DNA from: a virus
IMG/VR virus record: IMGVR_UViG_3300005288_000003
Coordinates: 33,841-97,840 of that record
DNA: 64,000 nucleotides
Direction: 5' to 3' (one strand)
In this document: positions 1 to 9,938 of the stretch, in pieces
How the letters are laid out: each line of letters begins with the position of its first letter
Position numbering within the stretch: position 1 is the stretch's first letter
Position numbers and translations under genes: made by a program
Notes under the pieces: model-generated
Told to the model about the DNA's origin: nothing
The model's input: only the letters and a program-made list of their open reading frames with translations
The model's database searches: none

Positions 1-674
1 CCGATACCACCGGGAAAACCCTCAGTAGCAAATACACGATCAGATTGGAACTCAGAGTAGGAGTATTCAACACCAACAGTTTTAGGAAGAAGGTTCCCAA
101 CGCCACCAAGCCCGAACAGAAGTCCTCGCTCGACAGCGGATAGAATTTTACCGATACCAATACGGGCACGAGCGCCCGTAAGTTCGGTGATTGTTACTTG
201 CGAAGCTCCGAAGAGGAACTTGTAAGCTTCAATGACATCCTCTGGAGTTGCCATTGTTCTGTTCTTGATGATCTTGGCCTTGAGCAGCAATCTATATTCA
301 TCATCAGATGGTTCACGGCTCAATCCAGTTGGAGCGCCAATAGAGTACCAAGGGGCACCAATGGAAGGGTCTGTAAGAGAACCGAAGCTCCCACCTTGTG
401 TTGCACCTTGGAACCCGAAGTATTCAAATAGCTCAGAGTAGACAAGACCGCGTGGGCGCCCAATGATGATGCCAATGACATCCAACTGAACTCCTACCGC
501 TGTATCCAGAGAGCGAAGAGTCATTACATCTTCCATTACTTCCTGTAGTTCGCTCTTGCCTTCGATAAGCAGTTTCAGGTACTTGTCCATAACGGGCTTA
601 CCACGGAACTCATCGGTGATCCGCGCTCTTGCAACGTCTAGAAATTGTTCAGTTTGAAATTCATTAATAGCCAT
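1..674 (-). CDS. Baseplate protein (DUF2612-like), runs off the window edge
   Basis: Own translation MAINEFQTEQFLDVARARIT...LDTAVGVQLDVIGIIIGRPR...YFGF; follows baseplate J. Confidence 0.75.
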   Translation of the reverse strand, partial: MAINEFQTEQFLDVARARITDEFRGKPVMDKYLKLLIEGKSELQEVMEDVMTLRSLDTAVGVQLDVIGIIIGRPRGLVYSELFEYFGFQGATQGGSFGSLTDPSIGAPWYSIGAPTGLSREPSDDEYRLLLKAKIIKNRTMATPEDVIEAYKFLFGASQVTITELTGARARIGIGKILSAVERGLLFGLGGVGNLLPKTVGVEYSYSEFQSDRVFATEGFPGGI

Positions 675-687
675 CTTGCCTCCTGCG

Positions 688-2142
688 TTATGAAATTGTT
701 ACGGTGATGTTAGCTGGAAGGAAGGTAGCAACTTCGTCGAAGTCGATAGCGATGTTACTTGTTCCAGTTGGACTTGGACTTGTGCCGATGTACAGCGAGT
801 TGACCATGTGTCCCGGTACAGCGTTGATCGGAGTGTAAAGACGTGAATAAACTACATCGTCACTGATGAAGTTACCTGCCTCGCCGAAGTCAATCAAGTT
901 CTGTCTGATCTGTGCAGTAGCATCACCCGCCAAAGTCCCCAAGCTTGTGATGTCTACGGAGATATAGATTGGAACCTCTGTAGGACGCTTGTACGAAACG
1001 TTATGTACAAATCCAATGCTGTCTACAATCTGCACCGTAGTTTCGCCGTAAGAAAGAATACCCGTTGGCTTGTTTGTCCAGATGGCTTTACCGATATCAG
1101 TTGGAAGTCCACCAAGAACAATCGGCATGAACGCTTTAGGCGGAACACCTTCTGCGCTTGTGAACTCTGTGTCGTTCTCGTAAACGATAACGTCTGTGAC
1201 ACCTGCAACGTTACGAAGGGCGTCGATCAGGGCTTCAAGGATATTGGTCGATTGAACGAACTTGCTGTTACGGAAGCGCTCGCGAAGCTCAGGGTCAGTT
1301 TCTTGGAGACGACCTGTAGTCGCAGCTACTGGGTTGACGATACTATCCCAGCCAGAGATAGGCACGGAGATTGTGTCGATGGACATTGTAGGTTGCGGGA
1401 ACGGGCCAACCTGATCATCCTGTGCAATCCCAAGCTTAATCACTTTCTCAATGCGAAGGTTCAGGCTAACAGAGAACGTGGCGATCTGGAATGGATCTGT
1501 ACGTGATACGAATAGTCTACCATCCTGATAGTAAGTTGTAAAGAGGGAAGAGAACAAAGTATCGATTTCTGCCTTCAAAAGTGCCAAAATAGATGATTGT
1601 GTCGCTCCAACTCCAGAGTTTACCGTTGCATCGATATAGTTCACACCGTCTGTTGAGTAGCTGAATGTGTAGTCTGTGTTGTCCAATGTTGAAAGAACTA
1701 CCAGACCGACGCCAGAAGCATTCTGCGGAGACAGCACTACTGGGTTGAGGATGCTGAACACACGCTGTGTAGTGCTGCTGTAAGCCTTCCCAAGCGGGCT
1801 TGAGATTATAGCGTTGATATCCCCTTCCAACAGCACTTGGGCACGAGTAGGCTGAGCAACAAGGCGGTTGATGCCTGACAAAGCAACGATGTTATCCAGC
1901 GATACACCGATGGCTGTGTTTGGGTTGAAGCTGTTGTAGATTTGTTGAAGAGCTTCCCATAGAGAAGCTTCCGATGGTGCCATAACGCCGATCATACGAC
2001 CGAGAGCAGAGTTGTCACTTACGTCAACAACATCCCCAGCAGGTACAAGGTCAGCGAAGATATCTGCTGCACGTGTACGGCTGTCGTTAAGTACATCATC
2101 AATTGTTTTGATTTCCAAGCCAGTTGCGGACAAACCTGCCAT
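688..2142 (-). CDS. Baseplate J-like wedge protein
   Basis: 484 aa; ETDPELRERF and VAGVTDVIVYEN motifs; position in baseplate module. Confidence 0.85.
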   Translation of the reverse strand: MAGLSATGLEIKTIDDVLNDSRTRAADIFADLVPAGDVVDVSDNSALGRMIGVMAPSEASLWEALQQIYNSFNPNTAIGVSLDNIVALSGINRLVAQPTRAQVLLEGDINAIISSPLGKAYSSTTQRVFSILNPVVLSPQNASGVGLVVLSTLDNTDYTFSYSTDGVNYIDATVNSGVGATQSSILALLKAEIDTLFSSLFTTYYQDGRLFVSRTDPFQIATFSVSLNLRIEKVIKLGIAQDDQVGPFPQPTMSIDTISVPISGWDSIVNPVAATTGRLQETDPELRERFRNSKFVQSTNILEALIDALRNVAGVTDVIVYENDTEFTSAEGVPPKAFMPIVLGGLPTDIGKAIWTNKPTGILSYGETTVQIVDSIGFVHNVSYKRPTEVPIYISVDITSLGTLAGDATAQIRQNLIDFGEAGNFISDDVVYSRLYTPINAVPGHMVNSLYIGTSPSPTGTSNIAIDFDEVATFLPANITVTIS

Positions 2143-2143
2143 G

Positions 2144-2512
2144 TTAGACTCCTACGTCGATGGTAATTGGAAGCGATGCCGTGTTATCTGACACTCGCAC
2201 TTGGAATGTCATGGAATAGCCACGGTCGCTTGGTGATAGTGAGGATTCAAACGATAGGATTTCAATTACGTCGGTATCCGTAGAAATGATCCGTTGGAAG
2301 ATCAAATCGATTGTTACCTTGCTTCGAATCTTACCGAAGATTTGTTGGAAGTATGGAACCCCGACTGTTGTGTCAAGGAACCATTCCCCGAGGAACGTGT
2401 ACATTGTGATCTTTAGGCGCTGTGCCACAACATCAACAAGAAGCTGTGTAACTGGGCACTTACCGTTCACGAACACAATGTCGTGTGTATCTTTGTTGAG
2501 TAGCAAATCCAT
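2144..2512 (-). CDS. Baseplate wedge / sheath initiator (gp25-like)
   Basis: Start moved to MDLLLNK after AAGGA; GEWFLDTTVGVPY motif. Confidence 0.75.
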   Translation of the reverse strand: MDLLLNKDTHDIVFVNGKCPVTQLLVDVVAQRLKITMYTFLGEWFLDTTVGVPYFQQIFGKIRSKVTIDLIFQRIISTDTDVIEILSFESSLSPSDRGYSMTFQVRVSDNTASLPITIDVGV

Positions 2513-2522
2513 CTTGTATTCC

Positions 2523-3284
2523 TTATGCGGTTGGGATGCCAGAAGTACCAGACCCCGGAGTGACGCCAATGTGTTTGTGCGTTGCGAACACAATACCGTT
2601 GAAGGTCGATGTACCAGTCTGTGTATAGTTGCCAGAGTGAGTGATGTTACCCGCCCATGTCGTTGTGTCTGCGTTGATGTTCAACTGTGGTGTGTTGATT
2701 GTGTATGACTCTGTTGCGTTGATAACACCAGTCTTACAGTTGACAGTAACAGCCTGTTCGGTGTTGATGATCAGTTGTCCATCTTGTTTCAACTGGATCA
2801 TCACTTCTGTTCCAGAAGCAAGGTTGTGAGCAATTACCAAGTCTGTCTTTGGGTTGTGTGGATACTTGCGGATCGATGGTCTGTTTGGACTACGGGAGAA
2901 CGAGAACAGGCCGGGAATAGCTACAGCATCTTGGTCAGAGAACTTTCGGTAATCGTTTGGTGTTGTTGGTTGTCCGTTGCCAATCTTGAAGTTATCCATT
3001 GAGCGTTGGGAGAAGACACACATTACTGTATCACCAACATTAACTGGAAAGCTTACAAGGCTTGTGGACGAACCGGGAAGAAGAACAGGTACACCAAGAA
3101 TCTGTGTGTGTTCATCAGATGTACCGTCTTTGTATAGGGTGTTGATGCTTGGTTGGACATCAACCCGTTGGTTTTCAAATGTACCGCTTACATTCGTGAC
3201 CACGCATGGCAGAGCTGTGTAAATCTCTGCCATGTTAATCTGGAACTGAGTCTGAATGAAGTCGGTCAATAGAGCTTCCATCAT
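2523..3284 (-). CDS. Baseplate central spike (Gp138-like)
   Basis: N-terminal OB-like VDVQP...PVNVGD...FSQR, beta-helix repeats, C-terminal HKH metal motif. Confidence 0.85.
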   Translation of the reverse strand: MMEALLTDFIQTQFQINMAEIYTALPCVVTNVSGTFENQRVDVQPSINTLYKDGTSDEHTQILGVPVLLPGSSTSLVSFPVNVGDTVMCVFSQRSMDNFKIGNGQPTTPNDYRKFSDQDAVAIPGLFSFSRSPNRPSIRKYPHNPKTDLVIAHNLASGTEVMIQLKQDGQLIINTEQAVTVNCKTGVINATESYTINTPQLNINADTTTWAGNITHSGNYTQTGTSTFNGIVFATHKHIGVTPGSGTSGIPTA

Positions 3285-3300
3285 AGTAGGAATTCCTTCT

Positions 3301-4221
3301 TCATAGGAGGTCTTGTGCCTCTACTTCGGATGTGAAACATTCAACATACCAATCGTTCCCACGGAAGTCTCCAGAGAAACGAGTAGAGTTGATACGGTAG
3401 ACGCCAGTGATAAAGTCAGATTCGATCTTCACGATTCGTCCGGGGATGCACTCTGTGTTCAACAGAGCTTTGAATTGCACACCTTTACGGCGCTTCTTAT
3501 CCTTCTTCATCTTTCTACCTTGTTCAGTTGTATGGAACGGAGCATCGATCAAGCCAGTCTGTTCGCTGATGACAGGAGCAAGGACAGTATCTTTTGTGTA
3601 GAGTCCGTTTTCATCTGAGACGCTGAGTACGCCACCAGAGACAGTGAACTCCATATTCTGTGCTTCACAGAGCTTCCGCAGCATCTGTGCAGGCGTTCCG
3701 TTGAGAGTCCAGCCAAACACGATAGGGTTGTTCAAGTTCGTGCCTGTGTAAGCTCCACGAGCGACGTTAGGCATCTGCTTACGAATCTCTTCGATCACTT
3801 GTTCAACTGTCTCACCGGGAGATACCAGACCCTTCAACTTCTCATGGTTGAGGTCGCTGTAACCTTCACCCATCCGCACCTGAGTTACAAACTCAGTGCC
3901 ATGCTTTACTGTCTTCACTTCTACTACATTTCCTTGTGCAACTACCCTTGCACCTTCATCCTCATACCCGACAGAGAAAGTGCATTCGAGGTAATCGCCT
4001 TGCAGAAGCTGGATATGATCACGAGACAGATTGTAGATTTCGATTGTGGCTGAATTACCGTTGGTGCGTTTTGAGTCGGATGTTTTGGAAATGTCGAAGG
4101 TGATTTGAAGTCCTGTGTTAACGGCACCATCCGCATCAGGGATTCCACCAGTGATTCGAATACCATTACCAGTTTTATAGTCACCAACAATCAGGTCATA
4201 CACTCTGTTTCGTTGTGTCAT
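3301..4221 (-). CDS. Baseplate hub protein
   Basis: 306 aa; ATIEIYNLS and TGLIDAP motifs; upstream of spike. Confidence 0.75.
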   Translation of the reverse strand: MTQRNRVYDLIVGDYKTGNGIRITGGIPDADGAVNTGLQITFDISKTSDSKRTNGNSATIEIYNLSRDHIQLLQGDYLECTFSVGYEDEGARVVAQGNVVEVKTVKHGTEFVTQVRMGEGYSDLNHEKLKGLVSPGETVEQVIEEIRKQMPNVARGAYTGTNLNNPIVFGWTLNGTPAQMLRKLCEAQNMEFTVSGGVLSVSDENGLYTKDTVLAPVISEQTGLIDAPFHTTEQGRKMKKDKKRRKGVQFKALLNTECIPGRIVKIESDFITGVYRINSTRFSGDFRGNDWYVECFTSEVEAQDLL

Positions 4222-4222
4222 T

Positions 4223-4567
4223 TTATACCTCCGTTAGATAGACGTAGTAGAGTTTGAAGAACTCCGGTACGACACTGGAGTCCTGTGTGATTTGTACATC
4301 GATAGCTGCGTTAACTGGCATCAACAGGAAGTAACCAGTAAGGCCACTCTCTTCGAGGCTATAATCGACCAGCATAGGATACTGAGCAACTAGAGCAACA
4401 CCAAGAACAAGCGGAGTCTGATCCTCTCTTCGGATATCCATGTGCCACTGTCCAGCTCTTCCATTCCAATAGAATGTGAACTGCCATGAAACACCTTCAA
4501 GAGAGATACCGTAGCGGTACTTATCTTCATCGTACAACGGCATTTCAACGTATACGGTACTTGTCAT
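4223..4567 (-). CDS. Virion/baseplate protein
   Basis: 114 aa; FYWNGRAGQWHMDI; synteny. Confidence 0.65.
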   Translation of the reverse strand: MTSTVYVEMPLYDEDKYRYGISLEGVSWQFTFYWNGRAGQWHMDIRREDQTPLVLGVALVAQYPMLVDYSLEESGLTGYFLLMPVNAAIDVQITQDSSVVPEFFKLYYVYLTEV

Positions 4568-5310
4568 GGTGTTCTCCCGTCGTCAAAAATCTTAGCAGCA
4601 CTAGATTTCTTGGCGTTTTTAGTTGGACCGTTCGCAGCGTCGTCACCAGACTTAGTTGAAGTCTTTGTTGTCGCTCCAGTCTTACGTCCCTTGTTTGGTG
4701 TTGTCTTGATCTTGATGACTACGTTCTCGACATTCGTGTAGACAGCTTGCTCCATTGTCATGTTGGGGAACAAACCTTCACCTGTGTCAGTGTCCTCTGC
4801 AAAAGAGAGCGATGTAAACGAGACATTAGCCCAAGAGCGAGATACAAGGTTGGTATTGTACTCTACCAAAGTGAACGACTCTTTCTTCTCGAACATGTCG
4901 ATGAGGTCGAATCGAACAGCATGTGCCGTCTTCACTTTTGTCTGCGGAGTTACTGTGACAGTTGGGATTGTGTTTGCTGTAAACTGCGATACAATCTCAG
5001 GAAGAAAACTTCGCCACTTAGCGCCTTCGTTGGTAATCTTAACTGGAATCGTTGTTTGTGTGTTGTTTGTAAACTGCTTATCTGTAACACTTACCCAACC
5101 TTCATCGGATGGTCTGTTCAAATTGAAGTCAGCATCAGACAATACAGCTTTCAGTGTAAACTTCTTGTTATCCGTAATCGTGTGGTCAGAAATAAATGCA
5201 CCCCTTGCCAATGGATGCTTTGTGATTGTGGCGTTGTACTGTTCCTCGACGTTTGTAATAGCGTCGAAGTAGAGCACATCGCCGTTGTCACGGCGAATAG
5301 CGTAAGTCAT
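4564..5310 (-). CDS. Distal tail / tube initiator-like protein
   Basis: ITKHPLARGAFISDH motif; directly after tape measure. Confidence 0.65.
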   Translation of the reverse strand: MTYAIRRDNGDVLYFDAITNVEEQYNATITKHPLARGAFISDHTITDNKKFTLKAVLSDADFNLNRPSDEGWVSVTDKQFTNNTQTTIPVKITNEGAKWRSFLPEIVSQFTANTIPTVTVTPQTKVKTAHAVRFDLIDMFEKKESFTLVEYNTNLVSRSWANVSFTSLSFAEDTDTGEGLFPNMTMEQAVYTNVENVVIKIKTTPNKGRKTGATTKTSTKSGDDAANGPTKNAKKSSAAKIFDDGRTP

Positions 5311-7664
5311 TATTTGGTTTCCTTGGTGTTGATCATCGCGTCACGAAGAACGTTAGCCATAGCCTCTTTAACCATTCCGGGCATCAGTGCCATGTTACTG
5401 GTCAGCTCTTGTGCGTTAGCACCCCCGATGGTTACAGGCATTGTCACTTCGATTGGAGGAATACGCATAGCATCTTGCACAATGAATGCTTGTTTCAGTT
5501 CTTCCAGTTTCGCCACCAGCTCTTCCGGGTTGAACGAGTTAGTTGGAACATCTGTCTGCCCCGGCAATGAAGCTGCTGATTCTGCTGTGTACTTCTCTTG
5601 CAGTTGAGCGTCTACCCACTCTGGCCCCATTACAGTAGCTAGCATGTTACGGGCGTTGGCCTCGACTGTTGTACCAGAAGAGTTTGTTTGCTGAGCGTAT
5701 TGTCCGGCCTTCACAAATCGAGTAACAGCAGCGTTGAAAGTTTCCATCAAGGCCGTCAATTCACGCATTGTGTTGACCAGCATTTCAGGGAAGCTCAATC
5801 CCTGCAAGCCGCCAGCAAGTTCTATCGCCATGTCCAGTGCAGCTTTCAGGTTGTCTCCGAAAGTCTTAGCAGCAGTTGCCATATTGTCCATAGCAGTCTG
5901 TGCTTCTGGCGACTGAGAAAGCCAACGGCCAAACAGGGAATCACCTCCCTCTGAATAAGTGATCAAGTCGTCCAGTGCAAGAGCGATCAATCCGATAGCA
6001 GCAGCGACACCACCAAATGGCATCATTACAACTCCGGCTGTTACGCCTAGAGCTGCAAGTTGCCCACCAGTCATTCCAAACAAGGCAGCGATACGTGGAA
6101 GTTGTCCAAGCAAAGTACCACCAACGTTGATAACTGCGTTGATAGGTTCGATCAGCAAGTTGAATGCTTCCCCTAGTGCTTTCACACCCGGCTCTGCGTC
6201 CCGCATACCATCTGCCATTGCTCTAAAGAACTTACCCATACCCTTGTCGAAGCCAGCGTCGGAGAAGACCGCTACAGTGTCAGAGAAGGCGTTGTTCATA
6301 CGGGCTTGTTCAGCAGCCGTAGATTTCATAGCCTTTTCAAGAGCACCACCCTGACGGGCACGAGCAGCAAGAATAGCAGCAAACTTCTCTAGAACGGCGC
6401 CAGACTTAACGTCACCATTCTTCATTGCATCCATCAACTTACCAACAGCCTTATCATCTGTACCGAATCCAGCAGCCTCGGCCATCGCTGACTCTGCCCC
6501 CGGCATACGTTCCGAAAGTTGTCCTTTCAGTTCTTCGGACATTACTTGGCCTTTGTTCATCATCTGTTCAATGGCTTTCATCGAACCTTTCATGGACTCT
6601 GTATCAAGACCCATTACACGTCCGTATTCAGAAACACCTTGGAATACAGATTGAACACCTTCCGTTGACATGCCAGATGTTTTACCAGAAGCAAGCATCT
6701 TGTTATACGATGGAGCGGTTTGACGGTAGTCCATACCAATCTTATTGGACAGGTCTTTCACCCACTTGCTTTGTTCCTGACCAGCTTCCTCGCTGCCCAT
6801 TACGGCAGTCATGGCGTTCTTCTGGCCTTGCATTTGTTGGTTGATCTGGTTGAGCTGACTGAATGCGAATGCAGCACCAAGGCCGGGAATCGCTCCACGC
6901 ATGAAGCCCATACCTGCACCAGCGATACCACCGCCTAGAGCGCCTTCACGTGCGACTCTACGGGCAGCTCCAGCCTTACCACCGCCACTGCCCCCACCAT
7001 TAACTACTTTCGTGCGAACAGTGAACTCGTGGTTGCTGATAGCTGCTCTGATTTGGGCACGTAGTGCTTGTTGGTCAACAGCCAGTTTCAGTTTCGGGTC
7101 TTTCAAGTCGATTGTCATTGCACCGACCTTGCCCTTCGCTGCCATCAAACTTCTACGGACGTTGGCAATGAAACGAGCTTGGCTAATGTCAGCATCGATC
7201 TTGAGTTTGTATTTAGATTCAGTACCTTTCTTCCAGCTACGAAGTGTAGCGTCTGCCACCTTTGTATCGATCTGTAGAGGAATCTTAACTTGCATCTGGC
7301 TAAGTAGGGTACGGATGAAACGCTTCTGTCCTACAAGGTCTGCCACATCAACTTTGATGTTGGACAAACGGATCGGAGTCTTGTCGAGGCGATCACAGAT
7401 TTTCTTGCTGGCCGCCATCAGAGCTTCTTCGCTTACAGCGAAGTTTCTGAAAGTGATCTTAGCATTGGTAGCCTTTTCCAGTTGGGCACGTAGCGTTCTT
7501 GAGTCGAGGCTGACCTTGATGTTGAATTTCTTATTTGCTGCAACTCCGAATTGTTGGAGCATGGTTGTTACACCAGCCAATCTCTTTTCGAATGCAGCAA
7601 GAGGACGGGCGTCTACGTTAAACTTCAACGTACCCGTTAGTCTTGCGATTTCTTCTTGGATCAT
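5310..7664 (-). CDS. Tape measure protein
   Basis: 784 aa, Ala/Gly-rich; QMMNKGQVMSEELKGQLSERMPGA motif; hydrophobic segment. Confidence 0.9.
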   Translation of the reverse strand: MIQEEIARLTGTLKFNVDARPLAAFEKRLAGVTTMLQQFGVAANKKFNIKVSLDSRTLRAQLEKATNAKITFRNFAVSEEALMAASKKICDRLDKTPIRLSNIKVDVADLVGQKRFIRTLLSQMQVKIPLQIDTKVADATLRSWKKGTESKYKLKIDADISQARFIANVRRSLMAAKGKVGAMTIDLKDPKLKLAVDQQALRAQIRAAISNHEFTVRTKVVNGGGSGGGKAGAARRVAREGALGGGIAGAGMGFMRGAIPGLGAAFAFSQLNQINQQMQGQKNAMTAVMGSEEAGQEQSKWVKDLSNKIGMDYRQTAPSYNKMLASGKTSGMSTEGVQSVFQGVSEYGRVMGLDTESMKGSMKAIEQMMNKGQVMSEELKGQLSERMPGAESAMAEAAGFGTDDKAVGKLMDAMKNGDVKSGAVLEKFAAILAARARQGGALEKAMKSTAAEQARMNNAFSDTVAVFSDAGFDKGMGKFFRAMADGMRDAEPGVKALGEAFNLLIEPINAVINVGGTLLGQLPRIAALFGMTGGQLAALGVTAGVVMMPFGGVAAAIGLIALALDDLITYSEGGDSLFGRWLSQSPEAQTAMDNMATAAKTFGDNLKAALDMAIELAGGLQGLSFPEMLVNTMRELTALMETFNAAVTRFVKAGQYAQQTNSSGTTVEANARNMLATVMGPEWVDAQLQEKYTAESAASLPGQTDVPTNSFNPEELVAKLEELKQAFIVQDAMRIPPIEVTMPVTIGGANAQELTSNMALMPGMVKEAMANVLRDAMINTKETK

Positions 7665-7679
7665 AACAGCCTCGCTGAA

Positions 7680-7922
7680 TTATCTCTGTGCCGCTTGAGC
7701 CTGTTCTGCTTTGATGCGAGCTAGTTCATCAAACTCCATCTTCACTTCAAGGATTTCAAGCATGTTGTGTAGGTCTTCCACGTTGCAAACTGTGTCAAGC
7801 TCCACGTAAGTTGCCATCGGTCTTTCGGCAGTCAGGACAAGATAGATTTCCCAGTCTTGTCCGAACTTCTCTTGTAGCCGAGCTACACGGGGATGAACAG
7901 TCTGTGGCTCCCCGCTATTTAC
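7680..7922 (-). CDS. Tail assembly chaperone, -1 frameshift extension (gpGT-like)
   Basis: 80-codon open -1 frame (VNSGEPQTVHPRVARLQEKFGQDWEIY...AAQR) reachable from G-GTT-TTT at 7943-7949; absent from the ORF track. Confidence 0.65.
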   Translation of the reverse strand, partial: VNSGEPQTVHPRVARLQEKFGQDWEIYLVLTAERPMATYVELDTVCNVEDLHNMLEILEVKMEFDELARIKAEQAQAAQR

Positions 7923-8275
7923 ACGGCGGAACCGAGTAGAGTAAAAACCGAGCCGAAGTTGAATTCGACTACCTCCTTCACCAACAGGAATAGTTTGTCG
8001 TACTCACCAGCAAACTCCATGTCGAAGTTGATGCCAACACTGCCCTTCGAGCATGTGCTAACCAGTTCAACGATCAGTTGTTCAACGTTCTGGTCGAGAT
8101 TATCGAACAGGATATTCAGAGCTGCACCAAGATCACCACCACCTTGCAATGTTGCAAAGGAAGGGCCGATCAGTTTGGTAAGTTGTTTCAGTACGCGAGT
8201 ACCACGCATTGCAGGGAAGTGTGTGAGTAGGTATTCTGTGCCAAGGATGGTCACGTGTTTTTGGCCGATTGCCAT
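7919..8275 (-). CDS. Tail assembly chaperone
   Basis: 118 aa between tube paralogues and tape measure; slippery site near 3' end. Confidence 0.75.
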   Translation of the reverse strand: MAIGQKHVTILGTEYLLTHFPAMRGTRVLKQLTKLIGPSFATLQGGGDLGAALNILFDNLDQNVEQLIVELVSTCSKGSVGINFDMEFAGEYDKLFLLVKEVVEFNFGSVFTLLGSAV

Positions 8276-8289
8276 ATTATGTTCTCCTG

Positions 8290-8820
8290 TTATAAATTAA
8301 GGAAGTCAGTAGCTGAATCGACAAGCTCAGCGCCTTTGCCAGAGATATAGTCGATAGCACCAGATGCAGTGTCGAGTAAGTCGAATCCTTGTCGTGCGTT
8401 ACCGCCAATACCACCTGCGAGGAAGTCTAGGCATTCGATTTCCCACTTGTATGTCGCCATGTCACCACACAATCCGATGTCTGGATAGGCGCCAAGGAAG
8501 CATTCCGTGGATTGGTAATACGTTGATCCACTTTTGTCGCTCACAGCGAACTCAAGGCGTGCAGATTGTGTGCGACGGTCTTGGACAAGGATCGAGGTAA
8601 AGATGTCGTTCGTGATGGAGGTTTGCAATGTTTCGACAGTAACAGTTGCATACAGGTCGCGGTTATACACACGGGTGTGTTTCCCACGGATTCCACGGAC
8701 CACTCTGAAAGGGCGGGCGCCCTTCCATTGAAGATTTACAGACACAATGCCTGTGAGAATGTAACCGCAAAGGATGAGTTTAACATCCGCTGGGCTATAT
8801 GTCAAGATATCAGAAGCCAT
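8290..8820 (-). CDS. Tail tube-like protein (DUF3277-like paralogue)
   Basis: TYSPADV N-terminus and LQTSITN motif shared with neighbours. Confidence 0.7.
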   Translation of the reverse strand: MASDILTYSPADVKLILCGYILTGIVSVNLQWKGARPFRVVRGIRGKHTRVYNRDLYATVTVETLQTSITNDIFTSILVQDRRTQSARLEFAVSDKSGSTYYQSTECFLGAYPDIGLCGDMATYKWEIECLDFLAGGIGGNARQGFDLLDTASGAIDYISGKGAELVDSATDFLNL

Positions 8821-9324
8821 TTAAAATACCCCGAACTGTTTAAGGATTGGAAGGGTGCTGCTGGCAACCAACAGGGAATCTTCGATAGCGCTGGTGTCTT
8901 CGTTACCGCCGATGGTGAACACCACATCTGAGCAGCCGAATACCCATTTACGTTCTGACATTTCAGTTCCAAAGTCTACGTCTGGAATCGATTCTACCCA
9001 CGCCGAAGCTGCTAGGAAGTTTGTCTGTCCACGTCCATCTTTGATGAACAATGGGAATTTACCCATGTGGGTAGTTGAGTCAATGTTGTAAAGCATGGAC
9101 AGGATGTTGTTGCTGGATGATGATTGCATCAGCGTCAGTTCAACTCTGTATCCTGTGTCGTCGAAGTACATGCGGGCAATCTCACCGTCCATAGCTCTTA
9201 CCTTATAGAACGGTTTGCAGTCTTTTATAATTCGAATGAATGTGCCGTCAATGTATCCTGTAACGGAGTGCATCCCCGCGAGGGTAACTGTTACGTCGGA
9301 AGGCGAGTATGTCGATAGTGCCAT
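8821..9324 (-). CDS. Tail tube-like protein (DUF3277-like paralogue)
   Basis: TYSPSDV, LMQSSSSNNILS, IKDGRG motifs. Confidence 0.7.
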   Translation of the reverse strand: MALSTYSPSDVTVTLAGMHSVTGYIDGTFIRIIKDCKPFYKVRAMDGEIARMYFDDTGYRVELTLMQSSSSNNILSMLYNIDSTTHMGKFPLFIKDGRGQTNFLAASAWVESIPDVDFGTEMSERKWVFGCSDVVFTIGGNEDTSAIEDSLLVASSTLPILKQFGVF

Positions 9325-9338
9325 TTTATTTTCTCCAA

Positions 9339-9373
9339 TAAAAAGGGGCCGCCATCGTTAGATGGAAGCCCCA
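9339..9373 (-). terminator. Intrinsic terminator after tail tube gene
   Basis: GGGGC/GCCCC hairpin followed by T-run on - strand. Confidence 0.7.
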
Positions 9374-9379
9374 GCGATG

Positions 9380-9907
9380 TTAACCAATCCACTTAGCGTC
9401 GATTGAACCACCCAGTGTCGTAATAACGTCTTGGTCTTCTGGTGAGAGAACCGCGTTACCACCGATGTAGGTGTCAAGGTTGTGAGCGTGCAATACCCAG
9501 TCACGTGTCTGCATCGAGTTAGCGAATGCAGAGTTTGGAACTACACCAACATAAGCGTCGTCGCTAAAGAAGCGGCTACGGCCAGAGGCGTCTGAGATTT
9601 GCAGAGAGAACAAACCAGAGCTGTTACGGGTAGCCGCGTCGTTTGCGTAAAGCAAAGACAGGATATCGTTAGAAGCAGAAGTTTGTTGCAGGCTCAAAGT
9701 GACTTTAGCACTTTTGTTTGCGTTGTAAATACGTGTCGATGTGTTGTCAGCACCAGTGTACATGGTGAATGTTTCAGCAACACGTTCGATTTGTACAATG
9801 CTGTCTTCACTGTACCCGCTCACAATGTGAGCAATACCCGAAGAGCGTTGTGTGATAACGACGTTCACATCATTTGGAGCGAACGTTGCTAGACGTTGAG
9901 TAGCCAT
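9380..9907 (-). CDS. Major tail tube protein (DUF3277-like)
   Basis: Directly after sheath; TFAPNDV and LQQTSASNDILS. Confidence 0.8.
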   Translation of the reverse strand: MATQRLATFAPNDVNVVITQRSSGIAHIVSGYSEDSIVQIERVAETFTMYTGADNTSTRIYNANKSAKVTLSLQQTSASNDILSLLYANDAATRNSSGLFSLQISDASGRSRFFSDDAYVGVVPNSAFANSMQTRDWVLHAHNLDTYIGGNAVLSPEDQDVITTLGGSIDAKWIG

Positions 9908-9938
9908 TGATTATCTCCTGTTAGGGATGTAACCGTAA

